Shown here: positions 8,704 to 18,520 of the stretch, piece by piece
Layout of the letters: each line of letters begins with the position of its first letter
Numbering within the stretch: position 1 is the stretch's first letter
The notes under the pieces: generated by a model
Databases searched by the model: none
What the model was told of the DNA's origin: nothing
Seen by the model: only the letters and a program-made list of their open reading frames with translations
Origin: Opitutales bacterium
GTDB lineage: Bacteria > Verrucomicrobiota > Verrucomicrobiia > Opitutales > T3Sed10-336
Reading direction: 5' to 3'
Assembly (NCBI GenBank): GCA_007130045.1
Contig: SLTG01000094.1
Location: forward strand, 590-64,589
Length of the DNA stretch: 64,000 nt
Program-made: the position numbers and the translations under genes

Positions 8704-9996
8704 ATGTCGACATCCGTGACAACCGATTCGCAGACTCTTTTCGAAAAAGCCCGCAAACTGATACCCGGCGGCGTCAATTCTCCCGTCCGCGCCTTCCGCT
8801 CCGTCGGCGGTACTCCGTTCTTCACGGAGAGCGCAAACGGTCCGTACCTTCACACTGTCGACGGGAAGTCGCTTATAGACTTTGTCTGCACCTGGGGCCC
8901 GGCGATTCACGGACACAACCATCCGGACATCCGCGCGAACCTGGAAACCGCCATCAAGAGGGGAACCAGCTTCGGGACCCCGTCCCGCGGCGAAATCGAG
9001 ATGGCTGAAAACATCACCCGAATGGTGCCTTCGATTGAAAAGGTGCGCCTGGTCAACAGCGGCACGGAAGCCACTATGTCCTGTGTCCGGCTTTCCCGCG
9101 GGTACACCGGGCGCGATAAAATCATCAAGTTCGCCGGGTGTTACCACGGCCACGTCGATTCCCTTCTCATCGCGGCCGGCTCCGGCGCCCTCACACACGG
9201 CCGGCCGGACAGCGCCGGAATCCCCGAATCTTTTGCCCGCGAAACGATCGTCCTCGACTACAACGATCCCGAATCCCTGCGCCGCGCATTCGAAGCGAAT
9301 CCCGGAGAAATCGCCGGGGTTATTCTCGAACCCTGTCCGGCGAACGTCGGGCTGATTCTTCCCGAGCCGGGCTTCCTCGCCGAGCTTCGCCGGCTTTGCG
9401 ATGAAGCCGGGACTCTGCTGATTTTCGACGAAGTCATGACGGGCTTCAGAGTCGGTTCCGGAGGCGTGCAGGAGGCCGAAAAGGTGCGTCCGGACCTCAC
9501 CGCGCTCGGGAAGATCATCGGCGGCGGGCTCCCGGTCGGCGCTTTCGGCGGGAGGGCCCGAATCATGGACCACTTGGCCCCCGACGGACCCGTGTACCAG
9601 GCCGGCACGCTGAGCGGAAATCCTCTTGCAACGGCTGCGGGAAACGCCTCTCTCGACCTGCTGAGGGAGACCGATCCCTACCGCCGGCTCGAGGCCCGAG
9701 GTCGGGCGATCAAAGACGCCGTCCTCGAAGCGGCCGGCGCAAAAGGGCTTCCGTTGCAGGTGCCGCAGACCGGATCGATGTTCTCTTTTTTCTTCTCGGA
9801 GGAGCCGGTCAAAAATTATCCGCAAGCGGTGGCGGCCGACCGCGGGCATTTTGTCAAACTGTTCCACTACGCCCTTGAACACGGCGTGTACCTGCCGCCC
9901 TCTCCGTTTGAAACTTGCTTTATCAGCACCGCCCACGAAGACGACGTTATCGACCAGGCGTGCGAGGTTCTTCGAAACGCTCTGAAAGCGATCTGA
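8704..9996 (+). CDS. hemL: glutamate-1-semialdehyde 2,1-aminomutase
   Basis: The N-terminus reads [25 protein letters not shown]. Class III aminotransferase motifs are present ([18 protein letters not shown]). I place the start at MSTSV. Confidence 0.9.
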   Translation: MSTSVTTDSQTLFEKARKLIPGGVNSPVRAFRSVGGTPFFTESANGPYLHTVDGKSLIDFVCTWGPAIHGHNHPDIRANLETAIKRGTSFGTPSRGEIEMAENITRMVPSIEKVRLVNSGTEATMSCVRLSRGYTGRDKIIKFAGCYHGHVDSLLIAAGSGALTHGRPDSAGIPESFARETIVLDYNDPESLRRAFEANPGEIAGVILEPCPANVGLILPEPGFLAELRRLCDEAGTLLIFDEVMTGFRVGSGGVQEAEKVRPDLTALGKIIGGGLPVGAFGGRARIMDHLAPDGPVYQAGTLSGNPLATAAGNASLDLLRETDPYRRLEARGRAIKDAVLEAAGAKGLPLQVPQTGSMFSFFFSEEPVKNYPQAVAADRGHFVKLFHYALEHGVYLPPSPFETCFISTAHEDDVIDQACEVLRNALKAI

Positions 9997-10085
9997 CACC
10001 GCCGCCGCACCTCACTCGCCTCAACCGAAACAAATCAAGTTCTCAACCTGATCGGCAACCGACTTCTCCGAAGCCGCAGCCGGCT

Positions 10086-11852
10086 TTAGGCGATCAGGTG
10101 GGACACGTTCTTCTTGTAGAACGCCTCCGCAAGGGAGAAAATTTCTTTCGGATCGTCGAGTTCAAGCACGTCCTCGGCCAATCGCTTCATGTCCGTGAAA
10201 TCGATGTTGCGAATGATGTACTTAATCGCGGGCAATCCGGAGGATACGATGCTCAGCTCATCGATTCCGAGACCCATGAAAATAGGCACGAGCACAGGGT
10301 CGCCGGCAATTTCACCGCACAGGCTGACGCGAATGCGTTCGGAGTGGCCCGAATCGATCACCATTTTGATCATGCGCAGAACAGCCGGGTGCGTCGGTTC
10401 GTAGAGGTGGGCGATTTGCTCGTTTATCCGGTCGATCGCCAGCAGGTACTGGATCAGGTCGTTGGTGCCGATGCTGAAGAAGTCACATTTACGCGCGAGA
10501 ACATCCGCGGTAATCGCCGCGCTCGGGATCTCGATCATCGCCCCGACCTTCATGTTTTCATCAAATGCGATGCCGTTGGAGGAAAGCTCGTTCCTGGCCT
10601 CGTCGAGAATGGCGTTCGCGCGGTCGAGCTCGCCGGCGCCGCTGATCATCGGATACATCAGCTTGACGTTCCCCTCCTTTGAGGCCCGGAGAATGGCCCG
10701 AAGCTGGGTCTTGAACAAGTCCGTATTCTCCAGGCACAATCGAATGGCGCGGAGTCCGAGAAACGGATTGGTCTCGGCACTGGGGCGGTAAACGCTGTTG
10801 GGAAATTTATCACCCCCCATATCCAGGGTGCGAATCACGACGGGATCCGGCGCCATCGCCTCAGCCACCGTCATGTAAGCCTGGTATTGCTCCTCCTCGG
10901 AGGGAAATCCAACCGAGTTCAGGAAAAGGTACTCCGTCCTGAACAGTCCGACCCCTTCAGCCCCGTACTGCCGAATCCGGTCGATTTCGTTGGCCCCTTC
11001 GATATTCGCCATCAGGTCGATACTTACCCCGTCCCGGGTCTTGGTCGTGCGGCGAATCTGCGCGAGAATCTTCTTCTCCAGCGATTTCTTCTCTTCCTGA
11101 AACTTACCGTACCGGAACAGGGTTTGTTCGGACGGATTGACCACAACCTGGCCGTCGTAGCCATCGACCAGGATTTCGTCTCCGTTGTTGAGAATCCTAG
11201 TGAAATTCCGCATTCCGACGACCGCGGGAACCTGGATGGAGCGCGCCATGATCACCGCGTGACTCGTCTTGCTGCCCGCGTCGGTGATGAAGGCGAGGAC
11301 TTTCCCCTTTTCGATATTCGCCGTATCCGAAGGGGAAACGTCTTTTGCAACAATGATGCGCTCGTCACTCAAACGCGACAACCCGTAATGACTCTCCCCG
11401 ACGAGGTTGTGCAACAACCTCTTTGAAATGTCGCGGATGTCGTTCGCGCGCTCCCTCAGATACTCGTCGTCCATATTCGTAAACGCGTCGATGTAGCGCT
11501 GGGCGACTTTGTGAAAGCTGTAGGTAATATTCCTCCCGCAATCACGCATTTCCCGAATGGTTTCCTCGATCAACGCACGATCTTCGAGCACGAGAAAATG
11601 GGCGTCGAAAATTCGCGCCTCGTCTTCGCCCAACCGCTCGGCCACTTCCTTCTGAAGTTTGAGTACCTCCTGGCGGGTTTCGAGAAGCTTCTTCTCGAAA
11701 CGTTCGACTTCGGCTTCCTGTTCGCTTTCGTCCACCGGATCGTCCGGTATATCCAGCTCTTTGGGAAGGAAAAGATAGACCTTTCCATGGGCTACGCCTG
11801 GCGAGGCCGCTATCCCCTTAAACACCTGCTCGCGCTGGCGATCGGAATCCAT
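10086..11852 (-). CDS. ptsI: phosphoenolpyruvate-protein phosphotransferase (PTS enzyme I)
   Basis: It carries the active-site His motif (GSKTSHAVIMARS) and a PEP-utilising C-terminal domain (FFSIGTNDLIQYLLA). The length is 588 aa. Confidence 0.9.
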   Translation of the reverse strand: MDSDRQREQVFKGIAASPGVAHGKVYLFLPKELDIPDDPVDESEQEAEVERFEKKLLETRQEVLKLQKEVAERLGEDEARIFDAHFLVLEDRALIEETIREMRDCGRNITYSFHKVAQRYIDAFTNMDDEYLRERANDIRDISKRLLHNLVGESHYGLSRLSDERIIVAKDVSPSDTANIEKGKVLAFITDAGSKTSHAVIMARSIQVPAVVGMRNFTRILNNGDEILVDGYDGQVVVNPSEQTLFRYGKFQEEKKSLEKKILAQIRRTTKTRDGVSIDLMANIEGANEIDRIRQYGAEGVGLFRTEYLFLNSVGFPSEEEQYQAYMTVAEAMAPDPVVIRTLDMGGDKFPNSVYRPSAETNPFLGLRAIRLCLENTDLFKTQLRAILRASKEGNVKLMYPMISGAGELDRANAILDEARNELSSNGIAFDENMKVGAMIEIPSAAITADVLARKCDFFSIGTNDLIQYLLAIDRINEQIAHLYEPTHPAVLRMIKMVIDSGHSERIRVSLCGEIAGDPVLVPIFMGLGIDELSIVSSGLPAIKYIIRNIDFTDMKRLAEDVLELDDPKEIFSLAEAFYKKNVSHLIA

Positions 11853-12151
11853 TCAAGTCATCTCCTTGAAATCCACCTGATTCGTTTCAATCCGTTCTTG
11901 TCAAAGTTAAACAAACTATTAACAGACTGACGGTAATTATAGGCGGGTCAATGCCGTTTTGACGCGGAGTCCCGACTAAGTGCGATTTCCGCCGAAAACG
12001 GACAGCGGACCGGTTCCGAACCCCCGCCAGTCGCCGGTTCACACCATGATTCCGGTTCGTGGTGATTCAATACTATAGCGCCATTCCAGGCGGATTACAC
12101 AGGAAATATCGATTTCCGGAGGCGCCGGCCGCCCGGGATCGGACCCAATTC

Positions 12152-13048
12152 CTACCAAACGATCCCGGTTTCGGTGCAAAACCCTTCTGCTCCGAAAGCC
12201 TCACGAACCGATTCGGCCACTTCACCGCCGGAACCTTCCTCCCGCAACAAAGCAAAGCAGGCGCTCCCGCTTCCGCTCATGTGAACGGGGATCCCGAACC
12301 GCTCCCGTAATTCGCGAAGCAGAACCCGGATAGCCAAATACTTACTCCCGACCACGTCTTCAAAATCGTTCCGCATAATCCCCTCCGCCGAAACGGTTCC
12401 TTTTTTCCACGCGTCGAGTCCTTCTTCCACCGCCGCCGGCTTAGAATAAGCTCCTCTGCGCGCAAGCTCCCGGTAGGCCCAACCCGTCGAAACGCCGAAA
12501 AACGGCTTGAACACAAGGAGACGCCGCCCGCGCAGCTCCCTCTCCCGCTCGGCAGGCAGTGCCTCAATGCGCTCCCCCCTCCCGCGCACGATAACGGGAC
12601 GCCGGTGCAGGAAGAGCGGACAATCCGAACCGAGGCCGAGCGCCAGCTCGTTCATCGATTCGGTATCCGCCGGGCAACCCGAAAGCTCGTTCAACGCCAA
12701 CAGGGCGCCCGCGGCGTCGCTGCTCCCGCCTCCCAGGCCGGCGCCGGATGGAATATTCTTGTGCAGCTCAAAAACGAGCCCCCCGTCCTCGCCCGGAAAC
12801 CGCTCGATAAACCGGTTCGCCGCTTTCACGACCAGGTTCTCCCCGCCGGAGGGCGCCGGTTCACCGCTCATCTTCAGAAGAATTCCCTCCTGAGAAACCC
12901 GCCGCACTTTCAGCTCGTCGCCCAGTTGGATCGGGACCACGAGGGAAACGAGGTCGTGGTATCCGTCGGAGCGCCGTCCTGTCACTGCGAGTGTCAGGTT
13001 GATCTTGCCGGGACAGAATATGGACACGTTTTCCATGCGGGTTCCCAT
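12152..13048 (-). CDS. ispE: 4-diphosphocytidyl-2-C-methyl-D-erythritol kinase
   Basis: It contains KINLTLAVTGRRSDGYHDL and the GHMP kinase motif PSGAGLGGGSSDAA. The start is uncertain (13048 or 13036); the ORF-track start at 13156 is unlikely. Confidence 0.85.
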   Translation of the reverse strand: MGTRMENVSIFCPGKINLTLAVTGRRSDGYHDLVSLVVPIQLGDELKVRRVSQEGILLKMSGEPAPSGGENLVVKAANRFIERFPGEDGGLVFELHKNIPSGAGLGGGSSDAAGALLALNELSGCPADTESMNELALGLGSDCPLFLHRRPVIVRGRGERIEALPAERERELRGRRLLVFKPFFGVSTGWAYRELARRGAYSKPAAVEEGLDAWKKGTVSAEGIMRNDFEDVVGSKYLAIRVLLRELRERFGIPVHMSGSGSACFALLREEGSGGEVAESVREAFGAEGFCTETGIVW

Positions 13049-13202
13049 CTTCGCAGCGATTCCAAACGGCAGGCAATCCCTTTGTCGCGGGAACGGAAGG
13101 GGGCGGGTTTTCCGTGCTTCGTTACGGTTTTGGAATGGTGGAAGCGGTCGAAACAATTTGGTTGCATGAATCTCGAACAGGCACGATACCGTTCAAGGAA
13201 TT

Positions 13203-13895
13203 ATGAAATGCGATGTCGCACTTGCCCTCGACGTGGAGTCACGCGAAGATGCCCATGCCATCCTCGGCCGGGTCGGCGCGTCGCTCAAATGGGTGAAGAT
13301 CGGCCTGCAACTCTTCACCCGCTACGGCCCCGACCTGGTCGATGAAATCGCGGAACTCGGCTACGACGTTTTCCTCGACCTGAAGCTTCACGACATCCCC
13401 AATACGGTTGGGAACGCGATCCAATCGGTCGGCTCTCTCCCCGTACGGCTTCTCACTCTCCACGCTTCTGGAGGCCCGGAAATGCTCAAGCGCGCCGAAG
13501 CCTCTCGAAAAGAGCATGCACCCAACCTCCGGCTGCTTGCGGTTACCGTCCTGACGTCGATGGACGCCCGGGAGTTAAAGGCCGTCGGGATCAATCAACC
13601 CCCGCTCGACCACGTCCGGCACCTTGCGAAGATCGCTTCGATGAGCGGCCTCGACGGGTTCGTCTGCTCTCCGCACGAAACAGCCGTCCTTCGGGAGGAT
13701 CTGGGCGAAGACGCGTTCCTTGTTACCCCCGGCATCCGCCTTGCCGGGGACTCATCCGACGAACAAAAACGCATCACAACACCGGTTGACGCCGCGAAAG
13801 CGGGCGCCAATCTCATCGTCGTCGGGCGTTCTCTCCTCCGCGCGGAGAACCCCGCAGAGGTGCTCGCCTCCATCCGGGAACAACTCGGGCCGTGA
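13203..13895 (+). CDS. pyrF: orotidine 5'-phosphate decarboxylase
   Basis: It contains the DLKLHDIPNTV motif and the LIVVGR phosphate-binding end. The length is 230 aa. Confidence 0.9.
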   Translation: MKCDVALALDVESREDAHAILGRVGASLKWVKIGLQLFTRYGPDLVDEIAELGYDVFLDLKLHDIPNTVGNAIQSVGSLPVRLLTLHASGGPEMLKRAEASRKEHAPNLRLLAVTVLTSMDARELKAVGINQPPLDHVRHLAKIASMSGLDGFVCSPHETAVLREDLGEDAFLVTPGIRLAGDSSDEQKRITTPVDAAKAGANLIVVGRSLLRAENPAEVLASIREQLGP

Positions 13896-14623
13896 TCGAC
13901 TCCTCCGCCCCTGCACCCGGGAACAACTCGGCCTTGTTGCTCGCCGGCGGCATGGGTTCGCGCATGGGTGAGGCGACTCCGGACAAAGTCCTCCATCCGA
14001 TCCACGGAAAACCTGTCGTCCGGCACGTGCTGGACGGATTCGCGGCGAGCGGGGTCATTCGCGATTTCGTCGTCGTTTACCGCGACGAACTCCAGCGCCG
14101 CGACCTCGAAAAAGCGATAGCATCGACTCCGTCCTTCGAATCCCAACGGTTCTTCTGGACGGCCGGCGGAGCGGAACGGCAGAACTCTGTTTACAACGGT
14201 CTTCAACTTGTCCCGGACGATTCGACACTCGTATTCATCCACGACTGCGTCCGTCCGCTTGTCCGACCCGAAATCGTGACCGAACTCGCCCGCCTCGCCC
14301 GCGAAGTGGGCGCCGCCTGCCTCGCCCGCCGCGTCACCGACACCATCAAACGCGTCGAATCGGCTGACGGAATGCCGTGGCGAACCCGGCTGACCGACGT
14401 CGACCGGGACCGCCTCTGGGCGACCGAAACGCCCCAGGTTTTTCAACGCGCACTGATTCTCGAAGCCTACGAGGCCGTCCGAGCGGGACATCATCGTATC
14501 ACCGATGATGTCGCAGCGGTTTCTCTGCTCGGAAAGCGAATCACGCTCCTGGAGAACCCTTACCCCAACCCGAAGTTGACCACCCCGGCCGACCTCGATC
14601 ACATCGCCTGCCTGCTGAAATGA
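13892..14623 (+). CDS. ispD: 2-C-methyl-D-erythritol 4-phosphate cytidylyltransferase
   Basis: It has the N-terminal [11 protein letters not shown] motif and the typical VHDCVRP segment (FIHDCVRPL). It overlaps the pyrF stop by 4 nt. Confidence 0.9.
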   Translation: MIDSSAPAPGNNSALLLAGGMGSRMGEATPDKVLHPIHGKPVVRHVLDGFAASGVIRDFVVVYRDELQRRDLEKAIASTPSFESQRFFWTAGGAERQNSVYNGLQLVPDDSTLVFIHDCVRPLVRPEIVTELARLAREVGAACLARRVTDTIKRVESADGMPWRTRLTDVDRDRLWATETPQVFQRALILEAYEAVRAGHHRITDDVAAVSLLGKRITLLENPYPNPKLTTPADLDHIACLLK

Positions 14624-14919
14624 AAAACCTGAGCATCGGAAACGGCTACGATATTCACCGGCTCGTGGAAGGACGCCGCTGCGTCCTCGGCGGCGTCGAG
14701 ATCCCGTCTCCCAAAGGACTCCTGGGCCACTCCGACGCGCTGCTCGGCGCCGCCGGGCTGCCCGATATCGGCCCCTATCGCGAGCGGATGAAATCCGTCC
14801 TCGCCAAGTCGATGGGAATAGCCGAAACCCGAATCGGCCTCAAGGCCACCACCAACAAAGGCGTCGACGAGATCGGCAAAGGCCAAGCCATCGCCGCCTG
14901 TTTGCTGAGCCAAAGCTAA
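14620..14919 (+). CDS. ispF: IspF-like protein (2-C-methyl-D-erythritol 2,4-cyclodiphosphate synthase) with two in-frame internal deletions; probably non-functional
   Basis: It shares an ATGA overlap with ispD. The N-terminus ([34 protein letters not shown]) and the C-terminus ([25 protein letters not shown]) match both ends of IspF. The ORF is only 99 codons, against about 157-160 in canonical IspF. Confidence 0.6.
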   Translation: MKNLSIGNGYDIHRLVEGRRCVLGGVEIPSPKGLLGHSDALLGAAGLPDIGPYRERMKSVLAKSMGIAETRIGLKATTNKGVDEIGKGQAIAACLLSQS

Positions 14920-15094
14920 TATTCTGAAACATGGACGGTGTTGTCATTGGGGCAAGTTTCGTTCGCGCCTTTCAACATTCCCCGGTTTTGGGGATTGGAT
15001 TCCGCCTCATGAACCGCTGACCCGCGTAAATCGACGCCAATTGGAATAGCACTCGGTTCGGCCCTTCGCGGCCGGTACCGGCACCATTCCGGCA

Positions 15095-16093
15095 TCAGGG
15101 TTTTGTCTCGCGCAGAACCCGGGCGGATTCTTCCGGGGAAACGGTGTTGACATAAATGCCTGTGCCGATTTCGAAACCGGCCGCGGTAGCCAGGCGCGGT
15201 ACGATTACCATGTACCAATGCATATAACGTACGTCGTGATCGCCCACCGGGGCAGAGCGAATGATAAAATTGTAATCCGGATTATCCAATCCCACATATA
15301 TCCGTTTGAGTAAAACGCGCAGCACCTCCGCCAGTTCGATCAGCTCAGCGTCGTTTGCCAGATGGAAACTCGGTAAATGACGCTTCGGGTAAATGCGGGA
15401 TTCAAACGGCGAACGGGCCGCAAACGGGCAAAAGGCCAGAAACGACTTAGTGTCCATAACAATGCGTTTCTCCTGGCGCAGTTCCTCCTCGACCATGTGG
15501 CAATAAACACACTGGCCGGTTTCGTCATAGTGCATCATCGCTCGATAGATCGGATCCCGGACGTGAGGCGGAACAATGGGGGTGGCGATAATCTGAGAGT
15601 GCGGATGGCGTAAGGATGTCCCGGCCCGGACGCCGTGGTTGCGGAAGATGGTAACCAGGCTGATTCGATCCAACGCCGCGATTTCACGATGACGATCACG
15701 AAAAGCGCGCAACACGCAGGCCACTTCATCCGTACTCATCGTGGCGAGCGTTTGATCGTGACGGGGATGTTCGACTACCACATCGGCCACGCCGTAGCCG
15801 CCCGCCGACAGAAAGGCGCCGTGCGAATGCCGATCCGTCGACAGATCCGATTGAAGGGCGGCATATTTGTTTGGCACTACCCGCACCTGCCAGTCACCTT
15901 GTTCGGGATACCGGTACGAGGGTGTCAGCGTCTCTTCTTCATTGCCGGCGCAAAACGGGCAGTCCTTTTCGTACGCGTTGGTCGCAGCCTCTGTTGAGTT
16001 CACATTTTGGGGAACGTCACGAGGACGTGCCCCCCGCTCAGGCGCAAGAATGACCCATTCCTTTGTCGCAGGATTCTGTCGAAATTCAGGCAT
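15095..16093 (-). CDS. galT: galactose-1-phosphate uridylyltransferase family (HIT superfamily, GalT type)
   Basis: The N-terminus reads FRQNPATKEWVILAPERGARP. A Zn-site CPFCAGNE is present. The active-site H-x-H-x-Q motif is present (SLRHPHSQIIATP). Confidence 0.8.
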   Translation of the reverse strand: MPEFRQNPATKEWVILAPERGARPRDVPQNVNSTEAATNAYEKDCPFCAGNEEETLTPSYRYPEQGDWQVRVVPNKYAALQSDLSTDRHSHGAFLSAGGYGVADVVVEHPRHDQTLATMSTDEVACVLRAFRDRHREIAALDRISLVTIFRNHGVRAGTSLRHPHSQIIATPIVPPHVRDPIYRAMMHYDETGQCVYCHMVEEELRQEKRIVMDTKSFLAFCPFAARSPFESRIYPKRHLPSFHLANDAELIELAEVLRVLLKRIYVGLDNPDYNFIIRSAPVGDHDVRYMHWYMVIVPRLATAAGFEIGTGIYVNTVSPEESARVLRETKP

Positions 16094-16382
16094 TCAATTA
16101 AAGACGGCTTGCCGAAGCATCCGACAGCAACCCGTCACGGATTTCACAGTTGGAAAGCAGCCGGGTCGCATGCGGCGACCGAGGTGAAACTCGATAAGGC
16201 GTTCATACGTCCAATCCACAACCAGCTTGGATTTCCGAATCCAATGCGGCAAGGATTTTACTAGGAAATCTTTGATCTCACACCAATCCTTCGGGGCCCT
16301 GGTTGGTGCCTGACAATGGGTTTTCCCGTACCCCCCGTCGCCAGGTTTTCGGGAAAACAAAAAAAGGGCGGGGAGTCGTAGC

Positions 16383-16405
16383 GTCATCGGCGCTTCGCCG
16401 ATGAC
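16383..16405. repeat. perfect 10-bp inverted repeat with a 3-nt spacer (GTCATCGGCG-CTT-CGCCGATGAC)
   Basis: I read it directly in the sequence. It lies in the 500-nt galT/etf divergent intergenic region. Confidence 0.7.
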
Positions 16406-16609
16406 AAGCCGCGGTGGGGTGACGACAATTCGCAAAATCGGAACGGTATTTGGCAATCGGCGACCTGATGTCTTTACGTGCAGAGTGTATTGTTGATTGA
16501 GGAAAATCCTGGGCGGTCGGGGATCGCCGGGGGAAAACGGTCGAGCAGAGGCGTTCTTTTTGGGCAGGTGTGAGCGGGTACGCAATGGGGTCGGATGCGA
16601 AAGGCAACA

Positions 16610-18520
16610 ATGAATTACGTAGTGTTGGTGAAGCAGGTGCCGGATACGAAGCATATCCCGCAGGATGCATGGGATTGGGAAACGGGGACCCTTCGCCGTG
16701 CTTTTCTGGAAAACGTCTGCAACGAACTGGACAAGCAGGCGCTGGCTCTTGCGGTAGAGCTCCGCAAAGAATGGCCGGGACGGATCGTCGCGATCACCAT
16801 GGGGCCGCCGTTTGCCGACGAGGTCCTGCGCTACGCCCTGTCTATCGGCGCCGACTCCGGGGTGCTGTTGACTGATCGCCGGCTTGGCGGAGCGGATACC
16901 CCGGCGACTGCGTACCCTCTCGCCCAGGCGATACGCAAGGTCGAGAACGAAATCTTCAACGGCGACCGCAACCACCTCATTATCGCGGGCATGCAATCCG
17001 TCGATGGAGACACGGCCCAGGTGCCGCCGCAGGTGGCCGAGGAACTCGGCATCGATCATGTGGCGTACGTGACTGGCTACGAGATCGACGGGAACGGGAT
17101 CTTGAAGGTGCGGCGGGTGACCCGCAACGGCGCCGAGAATCTCGCCGTTCTGCGTTATCCATGCATGTTGACCCTGACCGAGCGGACTCCGCCCCTGTAT
17201 GCGACTTTCAATCGAACTCGCTGGGCCTCCTTTCAAGAGCTCCTTCGGTGGGACGCGGAGGCGATAGGCGCCGACAAAGCACGCATCGGAATGGCCGGCT
17301 CGCGAACGAATGTAGTGAGGATATTCCCGGCGAAGAGCGCGACGCAACGGCGGTGCGTCCTGCTCAACAACGTCGAGGAACTGATGAACCGTCTGAAGGA
17401 AACCTACAGCGTTCGCAGCGACAAGGCCCCGGCGGATAACCGAAAGTCGAACTACCGGTTGCCCGGCGGAAAGACGCCGGAGTATCGGGGCGACCTGTGG
17501 ATTTATGCGGAGCAGGAGGGCGGCCGGCTTCACCCGGCGGCGTTCGAACTCCTCGGAAAAGCGCGTGAATTGGCGGAGCCGCTGGGAGAAAAGGTGGGAG
17601 CCGTGGTGGCCGGCGAGGATGTCGGGAACCTGGCGTCCGAACTCTTCGCGCATGGCGCCGACAAGGTTTTTCTCGTTGATCACGAGAGACTCGAACGTTT
17701 TATTGCCGGCCCCTACACCAGGGCGCTTGCCCAACTGATCGAAGAGCACACGCCGCAGATGCTGTTGTTCAGCGCAACGCCTATCGGGCGCGAACTCGCC
17801 CCGCGGGTAGCCTACGCGACGAAGTCGGGTCTCACCGCCGATTGCACGGAGATGTGCCTTACCGATCTCAAGCGCGGCAAGAACGAACGCGTCGGAATTC
17901 TCATGCAGACCAGGCCGGCGCTGGGGGGCAACATTATGGCGAGCATTGTCAGTCAGAACTCGCGGGTGCAGATGTCCACTATCCGTCCAGGTGTTTTGAA
18001 GGCCCTATCTCCCGATCCGTCCCGCAGCGGCGAGATCGTTCGATTCAGTCCGCGGCTGGATGAGGCGGCCGGGGTGCGTGTGTGCTCCGTCGAGACGAGA
18101 CCGCCTTCATCGGGACTTTCCGACGCCTCGATCGTAGTGGCCGGTGGCCTCGGGTGCCGGACGAAAGAAGACTTCGACCGATATGTCGGATCGCTGGCAA
18201 GAAGCCTGGAGGATTTCTTTGGCGAGCCGGCCCATCAGGCGGCTTCGCGCCAGGCGGTTGAGGCGGGCTTTATCGACCGGAGTTGCCAGGTGGGGCAGAC
18301 CGGCCAGACGATCGCTCCGCGTCTTTATGTTGCGCTGGGGATTTCCGGCGCGGTGCAGCACCTTTCCGGCGTTCAGGGTGCGGATATTGTTGTGGCCATT
18401 GACAAGGACCCTGGCGCGCCGATTTTCAAGGACTGCGACTTCGGGGTGGTGGGAAATCTCGAAACGGTCGTGCCGGACCTGCTGAGCCATTTAAACGCTT
18501 CGAAAACCGGGGAAAACTGA
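16610..18520 (+). CDS. fused electron transfer flavoprotein, beta subunit (N-terminal) plus alpha subunit (C-terminal)
   Basis: The N-terminus is EtfB-like (MNYVVLVKQVPDT..., ...IIAGMQSVDGDTAQVPPQVAEELG). After a linker of about 30 aa, an EtfA-like part follows (DLWIYAEQEGGRLHPAAFELLGKAREL ... QVGQTGQTIAPRLYVALGISGAVQHLSG). It is a single 636-aa ORF. Confidence 0.8.
   Translation: MNYVVLVKQVPDTKHIPQDAWDWETGTLRRAFLENVCNELDKQALALAVELRKEWPGRIVAITMGPPFADEVLRYALSIGADSGVLLTDRRLGGADTPATAYPLAQAIRKVENEIFNGDRNHLIIAGMQSVDGDTAQVPPQVAEELGIDHVAYVTGYEIDGNGILKVRRVTRNGAENLAVLRYPCMLTLTERTPPLYATFNRTRWASFQELLRWDAEAIGADKARIGMAGSRTNVVRIFPAKSATQRRCVLLNNVEELMNRLKETYSVRSDKAPADNRKSNYRLPGGKTPEYRGDLWIYAEQEGGRLHPAAFELLGKARELAEPLGEKVGAVVAGEDVGNLASELFAHGADKVFLVDHERLERFIAGPYTRALAQLIEEHTPQMLLFSATPIGRELAPRVAYATKSGLTADCTEMCLTDLKRGKNERVGILMQTRPALGGNIMASIVSQNSRVQMSTIRPGVLKALSPDPSRSGEIVRFSPRLDEAAGVRVCSVETRPPSSGLSDASIVVAGGLGCRTKEDFDRYVGSLARSLEDFFGEPAHQAASRQAVEAGFIDRSCQVGQTGQTIAPRLYVALGISGAVQHLSGVQGADIVVAIDKDPGAPIFKDCDFGVVGNLETVVPDLLSHLNASKTGEN

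Noticed and set aside
10086-11852. PTS enzyme I without an adjacent HPr or EII gene (a pfkB/fruK-like kinase lies 22 kb away), as a possible unusual PTS.
   Set aside because: Dispersed PTS genes are common, and absence from a 64-kb window says nothing about the genome.
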